Position numbers and translations under genes: made by a program | Shown: in pieces, positions 18,181 to 26,308 of the stretch | Layout of the letters: every line of letters starts with the position of its first letter | Position numbering within the stretch: position 1 is the first letter of the stretch | From: Bdellovibrionia bacterium | GTDB taxonomy: Bacteria > Bdellovibrionota > UBA1018 | Direction: 5' to 3' | Length of the DNA: 32,675 nucleotides | NCBI GenBank assembly: GCA_045805065.1 | Contig: JBJMMA010000231.1 | Span: 1-32,675, forward strand | The notes under the pieces: generated by a model | Database searches by the model: none | What the model was told of the DNA's origin: nothing | Seen by the model: the letters and a program-made list of their open reading frames with translations, nothing else

Positions 18181-20745
18181 TTAAGCTTCAGATTGTAAAA
18201 GCGCGATTGGTTTTTGCCTCAAGACACGCCATGCGGCAGCAAGAGCTGTAAGACTTGCCATTGCTCCCGCGGCAAGAACCGATAGGAGTGGCGTTTGCCA
18301 GGTAAAGATCCAATTTCCATCAAATAGAAACTCGGTAATGAGCCAGCTTACGAGATAACTTAGGACGACGCCGACAGCAGAAGCGCAAAGTCCCAAGATC
18401 GCAAACTCTACGGCAACCATTCGTCTAATGTCCGAAAAGCGCGCACCCAGGACTTTGAGAAGATTCGTCTCCTGCCTGCGGCTTGAGGCTTGATGACTTG
18501 AGATGGAGAACAAAACGACAAAGCCCGCAAAAAGAGAAAGCCAGGCCATCACACGCAGCGCGCCGCTCATTTGCGAAAAAACTTCCAGGATCTTTTTGGT
18601 CACATCTGAGACATCAATCATTGAAACGTTTGGAAAACGCTGAACGATTCCGTTCTGCAGGGAGAGCTTCTGCTCAAGCGGAAGCTTTGGGACCGCGGCG
18701 ATGAAGGTTTTTGGCGCATCGTCCAGAACGCCGGGCTGAAAGAGGATAAAGAAGTTAGGCTGAAAGCTTGTCCAGCGAACCTTTCGGAAGTTCACGACTT
18801 TGCCTTCGATCGGAAGCCCTTGGATATCAAACTCAAGCGTGTCCCCAAGATGAATGCCCAGACGCTCGGCAAAGCGGCGCTCAAGCGAGACTTCGGCAGG
18901 ATTACCACTGGCGGGATCATAGCGGCCGCTGAACGGTTTTCCCGCAACGATTTTCTCCGCGCTCGAAAACTCAGTTCGATAGGAAAGGTTATAGCCACGG
19001 TTTCTTGAGCGGGCCTGCTGCTCCTCCTCACGCGTTGAAAACGAGGAGTCCGCTGCCTTTTTTGTAAAGCTCTCACCATTGATTTTTGAGAGTCTCGAAC
19101 GAATCAGCGGAGATAGTCCAAGGATTCTGACCTTCTCCTGATCCAGATAGGATTTCAGTGAGTTGAGTTGCTCATCTTGAATATCAAAAAGAAATAGGCT
19201 CGGAATTTCGACATCAGCAGGACGCGCGAGCTCAGCATCGAGGCTGCTCTGAATCATGGGAATCAAATTGAGCAAAAGCATGCCGATGCCAAGGGCGATA
19301 AAGCAGCTGATGGAGCTCAGTTTGCTTCTTCGAAGATTTCGAATCGATGTTCGGATGCTGAAGTTTGAGCTTCGTTCCAGAAAAGAAAGAAGTGATAAAA
19401 CGCCTGATCCCGCGAGCGCAAGTAACACGAGCGATCCCAGGAAGGCGCCTAGAAACAAGCCGCCCATCTTGAAAGAGTGCGCTTGCCAGAACGAAAGTCC
19501 GGCCAGCACAGCAAGCCCCGGGAGTGTGCCTGCAATTTGCCGCTTGGAGAATCGTGCCTCGGGATTGGCACTTTCCTGGAAAAGCTCGGAAGGCTTGAGC
19601 TCCTTGATCTTGAGCAAAACCGGATAGCAAATCAGTACGCTGCCAAAGGATCCAAGGCCCAAGGCAAGAAGCGCGGTTCTGAGTGAAAGATGAAGCTCAA
19701 TCGGAAAAGGCAGATAAGGGGCGATCGCCCAGCTTGCGATAGGAAAGACCGCAGCGGATACGCCACAGGTCAAAAGCGCCGCAATCCCGCCTAAAATTCC
19801 TAGCTGCAAGAGATAGATTCTCTGAGCCATCCGGTGAGTGACGCCCAGGCTTGTTAAGATCGCAATCTCTTTGGTTCTGCGTGCAAGAAAGCTTCTGAAA
19901 AGATAGCCCGCTCCAATACCCGCAAGAAAGAGAGCCACAAGAGCAACGAGTCCTAAGTAGTCATTGAGATACCCAAGGAGCCTGCCGACCTCTTCGCTGG
20001 CGTTCTTATGAGTGCGAACCTGAATGGCTGGATCTTTCAGCTCATGATCCAGCTTTTTAGCAATCGCTTCGACATCTGTGTTTTGCGGAAAAAGAAAGAG
20101 TCGTGACCAATAGGCCGTGCTTCCTGGTCGCAGGAGATGCGTGGGCTCCACTTGTGAGAGGCCCATATAAACACGCGTGGCAAGGGAGAAGCCTCTCCAC
20201 ACCTCTCCGCTATCATTCTCAATCAAGTCATCCACCTTGAACTGAGCATCACCCAATTTGACGTGATCTCCCGGCTTCACACCCAGCTGAAGCGCAAGCT
20301 CGGGATAAATCCAGACGGACGGGGTTTGAACGATGACTTTGCTGCTTTGATTGGTGATGGCTTTCTTTGCCCTAAGATCAAGCTTTCCATAGAAAGGATA
20401 GCTCTCATCAATCATCGCAATCTCAGCAAGCCGCGATGTTTTCTCCGAGGCTACCATCGAATACATCTCAACAAGGCGCCCCTCACGAGTCCCGGGAGGC
20501 AAAAGCTGATGAAGCGCTTGGTCTTCTTGCTCTGTCAGAGGTCTTCGCGCTGAGACGGCAAGGTCTGCGGAAAGGAGCACTTGCGAGCGCTGCGAAAGGC
20601 TTTGGTCGAGCGCGACCTTGAACGTATCCAAGAGCACAAAGCCCAAAAGCCCAAGCATCAGGTTAAAAATGAAAAAGAGGCTGAAGCGGCGATTGTTTCG
20701 GATCTCTCGCCAGGCCAGGCGTAGGCTGATCATTGTGCTACTCAC
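18181..20745 (-). CDS. ybbP: YbbP-like ABC transporter permease (double FtsX/MacB-type)
   Basis: LAWRE, LLSADL, two FtsX-type TM bundles, PSLFLFDIQ, FRKVRWTSFQPNFF, RFPNVSMIDV. Downstream of a ybbA-like ATPase. Start is GTG 20745 or ATG 20733. Confidence 0.88.
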   Translation of the reverse strand: MSSTMISLRLAWREIRNNRRFSLFFIFNLMLGLLGFVLLDTFKVALDQSLSQRSQVLLSADLAVSARRPLTEQEDQALHQLLPPGTREGRLVEMYSMVASEKTSRLAEIAMIDESYPFYGKLDLRAKKAITNQSSKVIVQTPSVWIYPELALQLGVKPGDHVKLGDAQFKVDDLIENDSGEVWRGFSLATRVYMGLSQVEPTHLLRPGSTAYWSRLFLFPQNTDVEAIAKKLDHELKDPAIQVRTHKNASEEVGRLLGYLNDYLGLVALVALFLAGIGAGYLFRSFLARRTKEIAILTSLGVTHRMAQRIYLLQLGILGGIAALLTCGVSAAVFPIASWAIAPYLPFPIELHLSLRTALLALGLGSFGSVLICYPVLLKIKELKPSELFQESANPEARFSKRQIAGTLPGLAVLAGLSFWQAHSFKMGGLFLGAFLGSLVLLALAGSGVLSLLSFLERSSNFSIRTSIRNLRRSKLSSISCFIALGIGMLLLNLIPMIQSSLDAELARPADVEIPSLFLFDIQDEQLNSLKSYLDQEKVRILGLSPLIRSRLSKINGESFTKKAADSSFSTREEEQQARSRNRGYNLSYRTEFSSAEKIVAGKPFSGRYDPASGNPAEVSLERRFAERLGIHLGDTLEFDIQGLPIEGKVVNFRKVRWTSFQPNFFILFQPGVLDDAPKTFIAAVPKLPLEQKLSLQNGIVQRFPNVSMIDVSDVTKKILEVFSQMSGALRVMAWLSLFAGFVVLFSISSHQASSRRQETNLLKVLGARFSDIRRMVAVEFAILGLCASAVGVVLSYLVSWLITEFLFDGNWIFTWQTPLLSVLAAGAMASLTALAAAWRVLRQKPIALLQSEA

Positions 20746-20762
20746 TGGGTGCTACTCACTGG
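20735..20762. repeat. Exact 14-bp tandem duplication at the ybbA/ybbP junction
   Basis: GTGCTACTCACTGG twice (20735-20748, 20749-20762), next to (ACTGG)x3 at 20758-20772. Confidence 0.9.
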
Positions 20763-21432
20763 ACTGGACTGGTGCCAGCCTTCCCTCACGTAAAGCGAGC
20801 TTTCTCTGGCAAAGATGCACAAGCTCTTCGTTATGGGTTACGAGAATCAAAGTCATGTTGCGCCGATTGACGAGATCAAAAAGAAGATTCATGACCTGAT
20901 GCCCTGTTGCTGTATCCAGACTTCCGCTCGGCTCATCGGCTAAAAGAACGCTGGGCTCAACCACAATAGCTCGCGCGATAGCCACGCGCTGCTTTTCACC
21001 GCCGGAGAGCTGATGCGGAAAGTGAGAAGTGCGATGTGCAAGTCCCACATGCTCAAGCGCCGCGCGCGCCTTTTCAATCGCTTTTGGATCGCGAGCAATC
21101 TCAAGAGGCAGGCTCACGTTCTCAAGAGCAGTCAGATTTCCCATCAGATGAAACTGCTGAAAGATGATTCCCAGATGCTTGGCGCGATAAACGGTAAGCT
21201 CTTCCTCAGATAAGGATTCAAGCGCTTGCCCTGCAAGCTCAATGCTTCCTTGGGTTGGCGTATCAAGACCCGCAAGAAGCGATAAAAGAGTGGATTTGCC
21301 GCTCCCGGATTGTCCGACGATCGCAAGGGTTTCGCCCTTTGCCACTTCAAGCTCAAGTCCCTCTAAGACCTGAACCGGCGTTTCACCTTGTGCGAATTGC
21401 TTAAAGACCTGCCGAGCTCTCAGGATGCTCAT
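20752..21432 (-). CDS. ybbA: YbbA/LolD-type ABC ATP-binding protein
   Basis: [39 protein letters not shown]. Start overlaps the tesA stop (ATGA). Confidence 0.9.
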   Translation of the reverse strand: MSILRARQVFKQFAQGETPVQVLEGLELEVAKGETLAIVGQSGSGKSTLLSLLAGLDTPTQGSIELAGQALESLSEEELTVYRAKHLGIIFQQFHLMGNLTALENVSLPLEIARDPKAIEKARAALEHVGLAHRTSHFPHQLSGGEKQRVAIARAIVVEPSVLLADEPSGSLDTATGHQVMNLLFDLVNRRNMTLILVTHNEELVHLCQRKLALREGRLAPVQSSE

Positions 21433-22052
21433 AAAAGAGGCTCAAGATATTTCTTTACGATCTTTGCCATTTCACGATGGCCTTTCTCGTTGGGGTGGAC
21501 GCCATCGCTTTGATTCAGCGTGGACTCGCCTGCAATTCCCGCCAGAAGAAATGGAATCAAAGGCACCTTCTCCTCTTTAGAGAGATCTGAAAATACTTTA
21601 TCAAACGCACTTGTGTAGGCTCGTCCCAGATTAGGTGGCGCTTTCATACCGGCCAGAAGAACGCGAACGTGGTTCTCCTTGGCAAGATCAATGACGGACT
21701 TCAGATTCTTCTTCATCTCGGCTGGGCTCAGTCCTCGAAGCCCATCGTTTGCCCCCAAGGCCAGGATCAGAATGTCGGGCTTACCTTTCAAGCTCCACTT
21801 GAAGCGCGATAGTCCGCTCGAAGAAGTCGAGCCACTGATGCCAGCGTTGATGATCTGGGTTTGTACATGGCCATCGCTCTTCAGCTCTTGTTCAAGGACG
21901 CTTGGAAAGGAATCATCCTTTGCAACGCCATACCCTTCCGTCAGTGAATCACCCAGGATGAGAACTCGATGAGGATTCTCTGCAAAAGCGGGTGTCGTCA
22001 TAAACGCAATCCAAAGGAAAAATGTCGAAAGCATGGAGATGAATCGAGACAT
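21429..22052 (-). CDS. tesA: Periplasmic SGNH/GDSL arylesterase/thioesterase TesA
   Basis: Signal peptide ending AFA, GDSLTEGYG, NAGISG, LGANDGLRG, DGVHPN. Confidence 0.92.
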   Translation of the reverse strand: MSRFISMLSTFFLWIAFMTTPAFAENPHRVLILGDSLTEGYGVAKDDSFPSVLEQELKSDGHVQTQIINAGISGSTSSSGLSRFKWSLKGKPDILILALGANDGLRGLSPAEMKKNLKSVIDLAKENHVRVLLAGMKAPPNLGRAYTSAFDKVFSDLSKEEKVPLIPFLLAGIAGESTLNQSDGVHPNEKGHREMAKIVKKYLEPLL

Positions 22053-22117
22053 TCTTAAGAACTTATCAAATTCATGGACTCTGCGCGTAGCGTTAACGGC
22101 ATTCGTCTGCTACGTTT

Positions 22118-22303
22118 ATGAATGTGAGCGAGCTTAAGCCAGGCGAGGATTATTACGTAGACGAGTTAGGCCGTTACGTTTTTACGGAACAATACCATCT
22201 CAAGCGAGGGTATTGCTGCCAGAGCGGCTGTCGTCATTGCCCGTATGGGTTTAATAAGCCATACGAAGTGAATAAGAAGGATAAAGACCAAAAAGACGAC
22301 TAG
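22118..22303 (+). CDS. DUF5522-like small Cys-rich protein
   Basis: DYY...VFTEQYHLKRGYCCQSGCRHCPY signature. The true start may be GTG 22124. Confidence 0.85.
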   Translation: MNVSELKPGEDYYVDELGRYVFTEQYHLKRGYCCQSGCRHCPYGFNKPYEVNKKDKDQKDD

Positions 22304-22318
22304 AGCGCTGATTAAGGC

Positions 22319-22546
22319 TTACTCGATCGGCCGTCTTCGCGGGCCTTTGTACTCATGGACGCGATTTCTTTTTGCGCGCTTGGAGACGTTGCTCGCATTT
22401 TTATCGGTGCGACTTGCAACTCCAGAGAACTGTTGTGCGGAACGTGGGGTGGTTTTTGATCGCCTTGAGCTGCTGATGCCATGCTCGGCTTTATCTTCCG
22501 CGCTTTTGGTGAACCGACTGGTTTTTTTGATGCTGTAGATTGCCAT
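22319..22546 (-). CDS. Small, highly basic hypothetical protein
   Basis: 75 aa with about 20 K+R against 6 D+E. Lies 17 nt downstream of, and co-oriented with, the host-attachment gene. Confidence 0.55.
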   Translation of the reverse strand: MAIYSIKKTSRFTKSAEDKAEHGISSSRRSKTTPRSAQQFSGVASRTDKNASNVSKRAKRNRVHEYKGPRRRPIE

Positions 22547-22563
22547 AATAATGAACTTTGCCT

Positions 22564-22989
22564 CTAGGCTGCTTTGTTTTTGAAGCCCTTAACGTAATCC
22601 GCAAGATCGGTTTCATTGACCTCGTAAAGATCTTCTTGAATCGTTCCGATCACGCGCGCGCGGCATTTGCTTCCAAGCTTATTTTTCAAAATGCCCAAAA
22701 GCTGTGCTTCCGCACACAAAACCAGTCGATCAAACTGGTTTTGCTCACAGGCATGCTCAAGAAAGTGACTGAGCTGTTCTGAGTACTGTTCAGCGACTTT
22801 CACTTCGGCATCGTGATCTTTTGGATCGACGGTGAGCTCCGGAATATCATCATCCGTATCGAAGTCCTCATGCCTGAGCCGCACCTTGGGCCGTGGCAGC
22901 TCTCGTAGGAAACGAGGGACCTCATCAAAGTTATCCGTCACAAACAAGCGAGCGCCCCAAAGATTAGGGCATAATATCCAGGTATTCAC
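22564..22989 (-). CDS. Host-attachment-protein family (baeRF12, aeRF1-related fold)
   Basis: N-terminal TWIL...GARLF and C-terminal FDRLVLCAEAQLLGILKNKL...VIGTIQEDL are typical of the family. GTG start. Confidence 0.75.
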   Translation of the reverse strand: MNTWILCPNLWGARLFVTDNFDEVPRFLRELPRPKVRLRHEDFDTDDDIPELTVDPKDHDAEVKVAEQYSEQLSHFLEHACEQNQFDRLVLCAEAQLLGILKNKLGSKCRARVIGTIQEDLYEVNETDLADYVKGFKNKAA

Positions 22990-23001
22990 ACCCTGAAGAT
23001 T

Positions 23002-23017
23002 TGCAAGTTTGCTGCCG
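23002..23017 (-). promoter_or_regulatory. Sigma54 (-24/-12) promoter for the host-attachment gene
   Basis: Minus strand CGGCAGCAAACTTGCA has GG-N10-GC with TTGCA. The GTG start follows 13 nt after the GC. Confidence 0.6.
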
Positions 23018-23034
23018 CCCGTGAAAGAGCGAAA

Positions 23035-24756
23035 TTAACCAGTATTCTTTCCAAGCTCGGCAGAGAGCTTATACAACGAGCTTACCTTGGAGCGAATGCG
23101 GCTTCTTGCCGCCTGGTTTGCGGTAGGCGGCAATGGTGGAACGGATTCAAGGGCTTGAGTAATGGTCTTTTTTCCCTGCTCAGTCTTTCCAAGACTTTTC
23201 AGAGCGCTCGCAAGAACAAACGCTGAGTCGAGTTTGTTTGCGCCGTAAGAGTTCTCATAAGCCGTTTGTGCAAGCTCGCGCGCACGCTCATAGTTTTTAA
23301 GCTGCATGTTCATCTTTGCGTCAGCAAGCCAGAACGTGAATTCCTTTGGATAAGCTTGCTGCATCTTTTGATAAAGCTTTGCCGCTTCATCCGTCTTGCC
23401 AAGCTTTCTAAGGCAGTACGCAAGATCAAGAGTCCCCCCGCGCTCAGCTCCGGCTTCAATTTTCTTTCGAATGATATCCGCTGCCAAAGCCCAGGCCGCA
23501 TCAGACTTTGTCTTGTCTCCAAGCTCTGCGTAAGCATCTGCCACGGAGCTATAAAGATCGCTCTCGGTGAGATCATAGCCTTTCAAAGACTCAGGCTTGG
23601 CCAGAATCCGTTGAGCTGATGCGACGAGGTCTTGTCGGACTTTTTTAGCGTCATCTGCCTGCTTGGCCTCATCAAAGGCCTGAGCTAGCTCTTCGCGTTT
23701 CATGATGGAGTCCGGAGAATTTGGAAACTCAGCGATTGCTTTCTGAAGTGCTGCGATCCATTTGCTCCGAGCTTTCTTATCCCCGGCTTTTGCCTTGGCT
23801 TCGTAAAGGCCCACTTCAGCGGCACTCAGCTTTTCCTTTTCCTGCTGAGTGTTTTTCAAGAAGCGATAAGCATGATCATACTCACCACGATCGAGATAAA
23901 TGGTCCCCACGCGATCCGATGCTGCGCGATCGCCCTTCTTTGCCTTGGCTTGAAGCGCGACAAACGTCAGGCTTTGATTGGCAAGCGCGCCTTTCATCTC
24001 GGCCACGAACTGATCCATTGGGCGATAACCCACTACGCGCGAGATCTCGTCTCCTTGTGGTGAGGCAAAGATCACGGTTGGAAAACCCTGGATTCCGTAG
24101 CGCTGAGAGAGTCCCTCTGACATCGGAGCATCGGCATCGAGCTTGAGTTGAACAAACGCGGAAGCATTCTCTTTAAAAGCAGGCTTTGAGAAAACGCTAT
24201 CGTTCATCTCATTACAAGGCGGGCACCAGATCCCGTAAAAATCGATCATCAGAGGCTTTCCGGTGGCGCGTGCTTTGGCAAAGGCTGCTTCTGGGCGATT
24301 ATCATAAAAGCCATGCTCATCGATTTCAGGCCCAGTGCTTGAGGTCTTTTGTGCATCGGACGGCGCGCTCTTTTGTGCAGCGGAAGCTCCGGCTTGCCCT
24401 TCCCAAGAAATCTGAATGAGATGTCTTTCGCAGAAGGTCTTCGCATCGTCGCAAAGAAACAGAGCAACTTTAGCGGAGTCTTTTGCGGGGCTTGGCACTT
24501 CAAATATCACTTCCGTAGGTGCGCTCTTTTTAGGCTTGAGTCGAGAATGGTTACTCGCAAGTTCAAGGCTCATGGGAGCTTCGGTATTAAAGTGATGGCT
24601 TTTTGGAGCTGTCGCTTGAACGCTGACTTTTCCCTGAGCGACAGTTGTCTGCACCGTAAAGTCGGGTGCTTTGAGTGCGGCTTGTGCGTACGTAGCGAAG
24701 CTCAATCCAATTCCAACCAGACTTGTCACCAGACCTGTTAGGGCTCTCATTTTCAT
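23035..24756 (-). CDS. Exported thioredoxin-family protein with an N-terminal Cys-pair domain and C-terminal TPR-like repeats
   Basis: Signal peptide ending AQA, CDDAKTFC, KPLMIDFYGIWCPPC, cis-Pro GFPT, helical TPR-like C-terminus. Confidence 0.82.
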   Translation of the reverse strand: MKMRALTGLVTSLVGIGLSFATYAQAALKAPDFTVQTTVAQGKVSVQATAPKSHHFNTEAPMSLELASNHSRLKPKKSAPTEVIFEVPSPAKDSAKVALFLCDDAKTFCERHLIQISWEGQAGASAAQKSAPSDAQKTSSTGPEIDEHGFYDNRPEAAFAKARATGKPLMIDFYGIWCPPCNEMNDSVFSKPAFKENASAFVQLKLDADAPMSEGLSQRYGIQGFPTVIFASPQGDEISRVVGYRPMDQFVAEMKGALANQSLTFVALQAKAKKGDRAASDRVGTIYLDRGEYDHAYRFLKNTQQEKEKLSAAEVGLYEAKAKAGDKKARSKWIAALQKAIAEFPNSPDSIMKREELAQAFDEAKQADDAKKVRQDLVASAQRILAKPESLKGYDLTESDLYSSVADAYAELGDKTKSDAAWALAADIIRKKIEAGAERGGTLDLAYCLRKLGKTDEAAKLYQKMQQAYPKEFTFWLADAKMNMQLKNYERARELAQTAYENSYGANKLDSAFVLASALKSLGKTEQGKKTITQALESVPPLPPTANQAARSRIRSKVSSLYKLSAELGKNTG

Positions 24757-24884
24757 AAGAGCCTTTCTATCATGCTTAGGCTCGCACGCAAACCGGCCCA
24801 GCGCACCGCGTTATCTTAATGGAGTGCGCTTATCCACTTGTTCCAGTGCGCTAATAAATGTAATACAACGGAACGTCCTTTTGC

Positions 24885-24974
24885 GGAGAGGTGGGTGAGT
24901 GGTTGAAACCGCACGCCTCGAAAGCGTGTTTACGGGAAACCGTAACGAGGGTTCGAATCCCTCCTTCTCCGCCA
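24885..24974 (+). tRNA. tRNA-Ser (anticodon CGA)
   Basis: Acceptor GGAGAGG/CTTCTCC, D-loop AGTGGTTGAA, anticodon arm CACGC-CTCGAAA-GCGTG, long variable arm TTACGG-GAAA-CCGTAA, T arm GAGGG-TTCGAAT-CCCTC, discriminator G and encoded CCA. Confidence 0.97.
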
Positions 24975-24999
24975 TCTCAACCCCCCAATTAAATAACTA

Positions 25000-25659
25000 T
25001 TAAATTCCGGGATAAGAATTGATCAGAACTTTGTTCTGATCGATCTGCCATCCATCGCAGCAATGTCCTGAGTTCACGTTATCAGGTCTTCCAAGCATTG
25101 CGGAGTTAGGGGGGCTGCTGGAAATCGAACCCCCAGCACCTGCTATAAAAGTATTGGTGGATACCTGCGTTTGGATTCCATTGGGCTGGTAGAAGTGCTC
25201 ATCGCTGACCCTGGTGTAATAGCTACTAGTTGGCGCAAATGCCGTCGCGAAGTAGCCAATATCTACGTTGACGCTATGGTCATGATCCGGGTCTGCAGCA
25301 TTACAGATTGGAGCTGCTCCATTAAAATCATAGTTGTTGCAGGGGATATTGCCACTCGGGCCACAGGTACTTGTGCTTGCCGTCGCATAGCTAAAGCCAA
25401 TGCGGTAGTAACGCTTGGGAGTGTCGTGTACGTAGCCGATCTGTCTCAGGCAGCTCGTATAGGAATTCTTCTCAGCGAAAAATGAGGATTCTGCAGTATA
25501 GAGGGCTGCCAACCCGATTTTTGCTTCAGCTTGTCGTGCCTTGGCAACAAAGTGGTCGTAGTTTGTTTTTGCGACAACCGATAGAACGCCAATGATGGCG
25601 ACCACTACCATCATCTCAACAAGGGTAAAGCCTTTGGCATTAAAGTGGACAGGTTTCAC
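25000..25659 (-). CDS. Type IVa pilin (PilA-like)
   Basis: Prepilin cleavage/methylation site KG|FTLVEMMVVVAIIGVL, KARQAEAK, Cys pairs, C-terminal DGWQIDQNKVL. GTG 25659 gives a typical short 10-aa leader; ATG 25707 and 25698 are alternatives. Confidence 0.9.
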   Translation of the reverse strand: MKPVHFNAKGFTLVEMMVVVAIIGVLSVVAKTNYDHFVAKARQAEAKIGLAALYTAESSFFAEKNSYTSCLRQIGYVHDTPKRYYRIGFSYATASTSTCGPSGNIPCNNYDFNGAAPICNAADPDHDHSVNVDIGYFATAFAPTSSYYTRVSDEHFYQPNGIQTQVSTNTFIAGAGGSISSSPPNSAMLGRPDNVNSGHCCDGWQIDQNKVLINSYPGI

Positions 25660-25723
25660 ATTCTCTATCCTACAGAAAGTCTTGAAGCAGGCAATCATGC
25701 GCGTCATTCTGCCTGTCCACTTT
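25642..25723. repeat. Perfect 12-bp inverted repeat flanking a 58-bp segment that holds the divergent pilin/maa promoter region
   Basis: AAAGTGGACAGG (25642-25653) and CCTGTCCACTTT (25712-25723). Confidence 0.85.
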
Positions 25724-25742
25724 TTGCAGGACCGTCATAAAG

Positions 25743-26306
25743 ATGTCGGAACTCAAATCGGAACTCCAAAAGATGCTGGACGGTGAGCTCTATCTCGCAT
25801 CAGACGCTGAGCTAGTGGCGATGAGAAAGCGCGCTCGCCGGCTAACGCGACTCTTTAATCAATCCACGGAAGACGAGATCGATCAGAGAACAGCGATCCT
25901 GTACGACCTCTTTGGCAAAGTGGGTCCTAGAGTTGTGATCGAGCCACCCTTTTATTGTGACTATGGATCTCACATCTTTGCTGGAAACGATCTCTTTATG
26001 AACTTTGGCTGCGTCATACTCGACTGCGCGGAAGTTCATTTTGGCGAAAGTGTCATGTGTGGACCTAACGTGCAGATTTACACCGCAACCCACCCACTCG
26101 ATGCAGATCTGCGTGCATCAGGGCCTGAGCTCGCAAAACCGATCCGTATCGGCAACCGCGTCTGGATCGGTGGCTCAAGCGTCCTCTGTCCGGGCGTCAC
26201 AATTGGAGACAACACCGTCATCGGTGCGGGAAGCGTTGTCACAAAGGACATTCCCGCAAATGTCTTTGCCGCAGGAAATCCGTGTCGAGTGATTCGTGAT
26301 CTTTAG
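25743..26306 (+). CDS. maa: Maltose/galactoside O-acetyltransferase (hexapeptide repeat)
   Basis: KMLDGELY, IEPPFYCDYG, YTATHPLD, GNRVWIGG, IGAGSVVTKDIP, AGNPCRVI. Confidence 0.9.
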   Translation: MSELKSELQKMLDGELYLASDAELVAMRKRARRLTRLFNQSTEDEIDQRTAILYDLFGKVGPRVVIEPPFYCDYGSHIFAGNDLFMNFGCVILDCAEVHFGESVMCGPNVQIYTATHPLDADLRASGPELAKPIRIGNRVWIGGSSVLCPGVTIGDNTVIGAGSVVTKDIPANVFAAGNPCRVIRDL

Positions 26307-26308
26307 CG

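Noticed and set aside
24830..24838. DnaA-box-like TTATCCACT
   Set aside because: Single mismatched copy, no cluster, and no oriC-type gene context.
25746..25769. TCGGAACTC direct repeat at the start of maa
   Set aside because: Explained by the encoded SELK-SELQ peptide; only two units.
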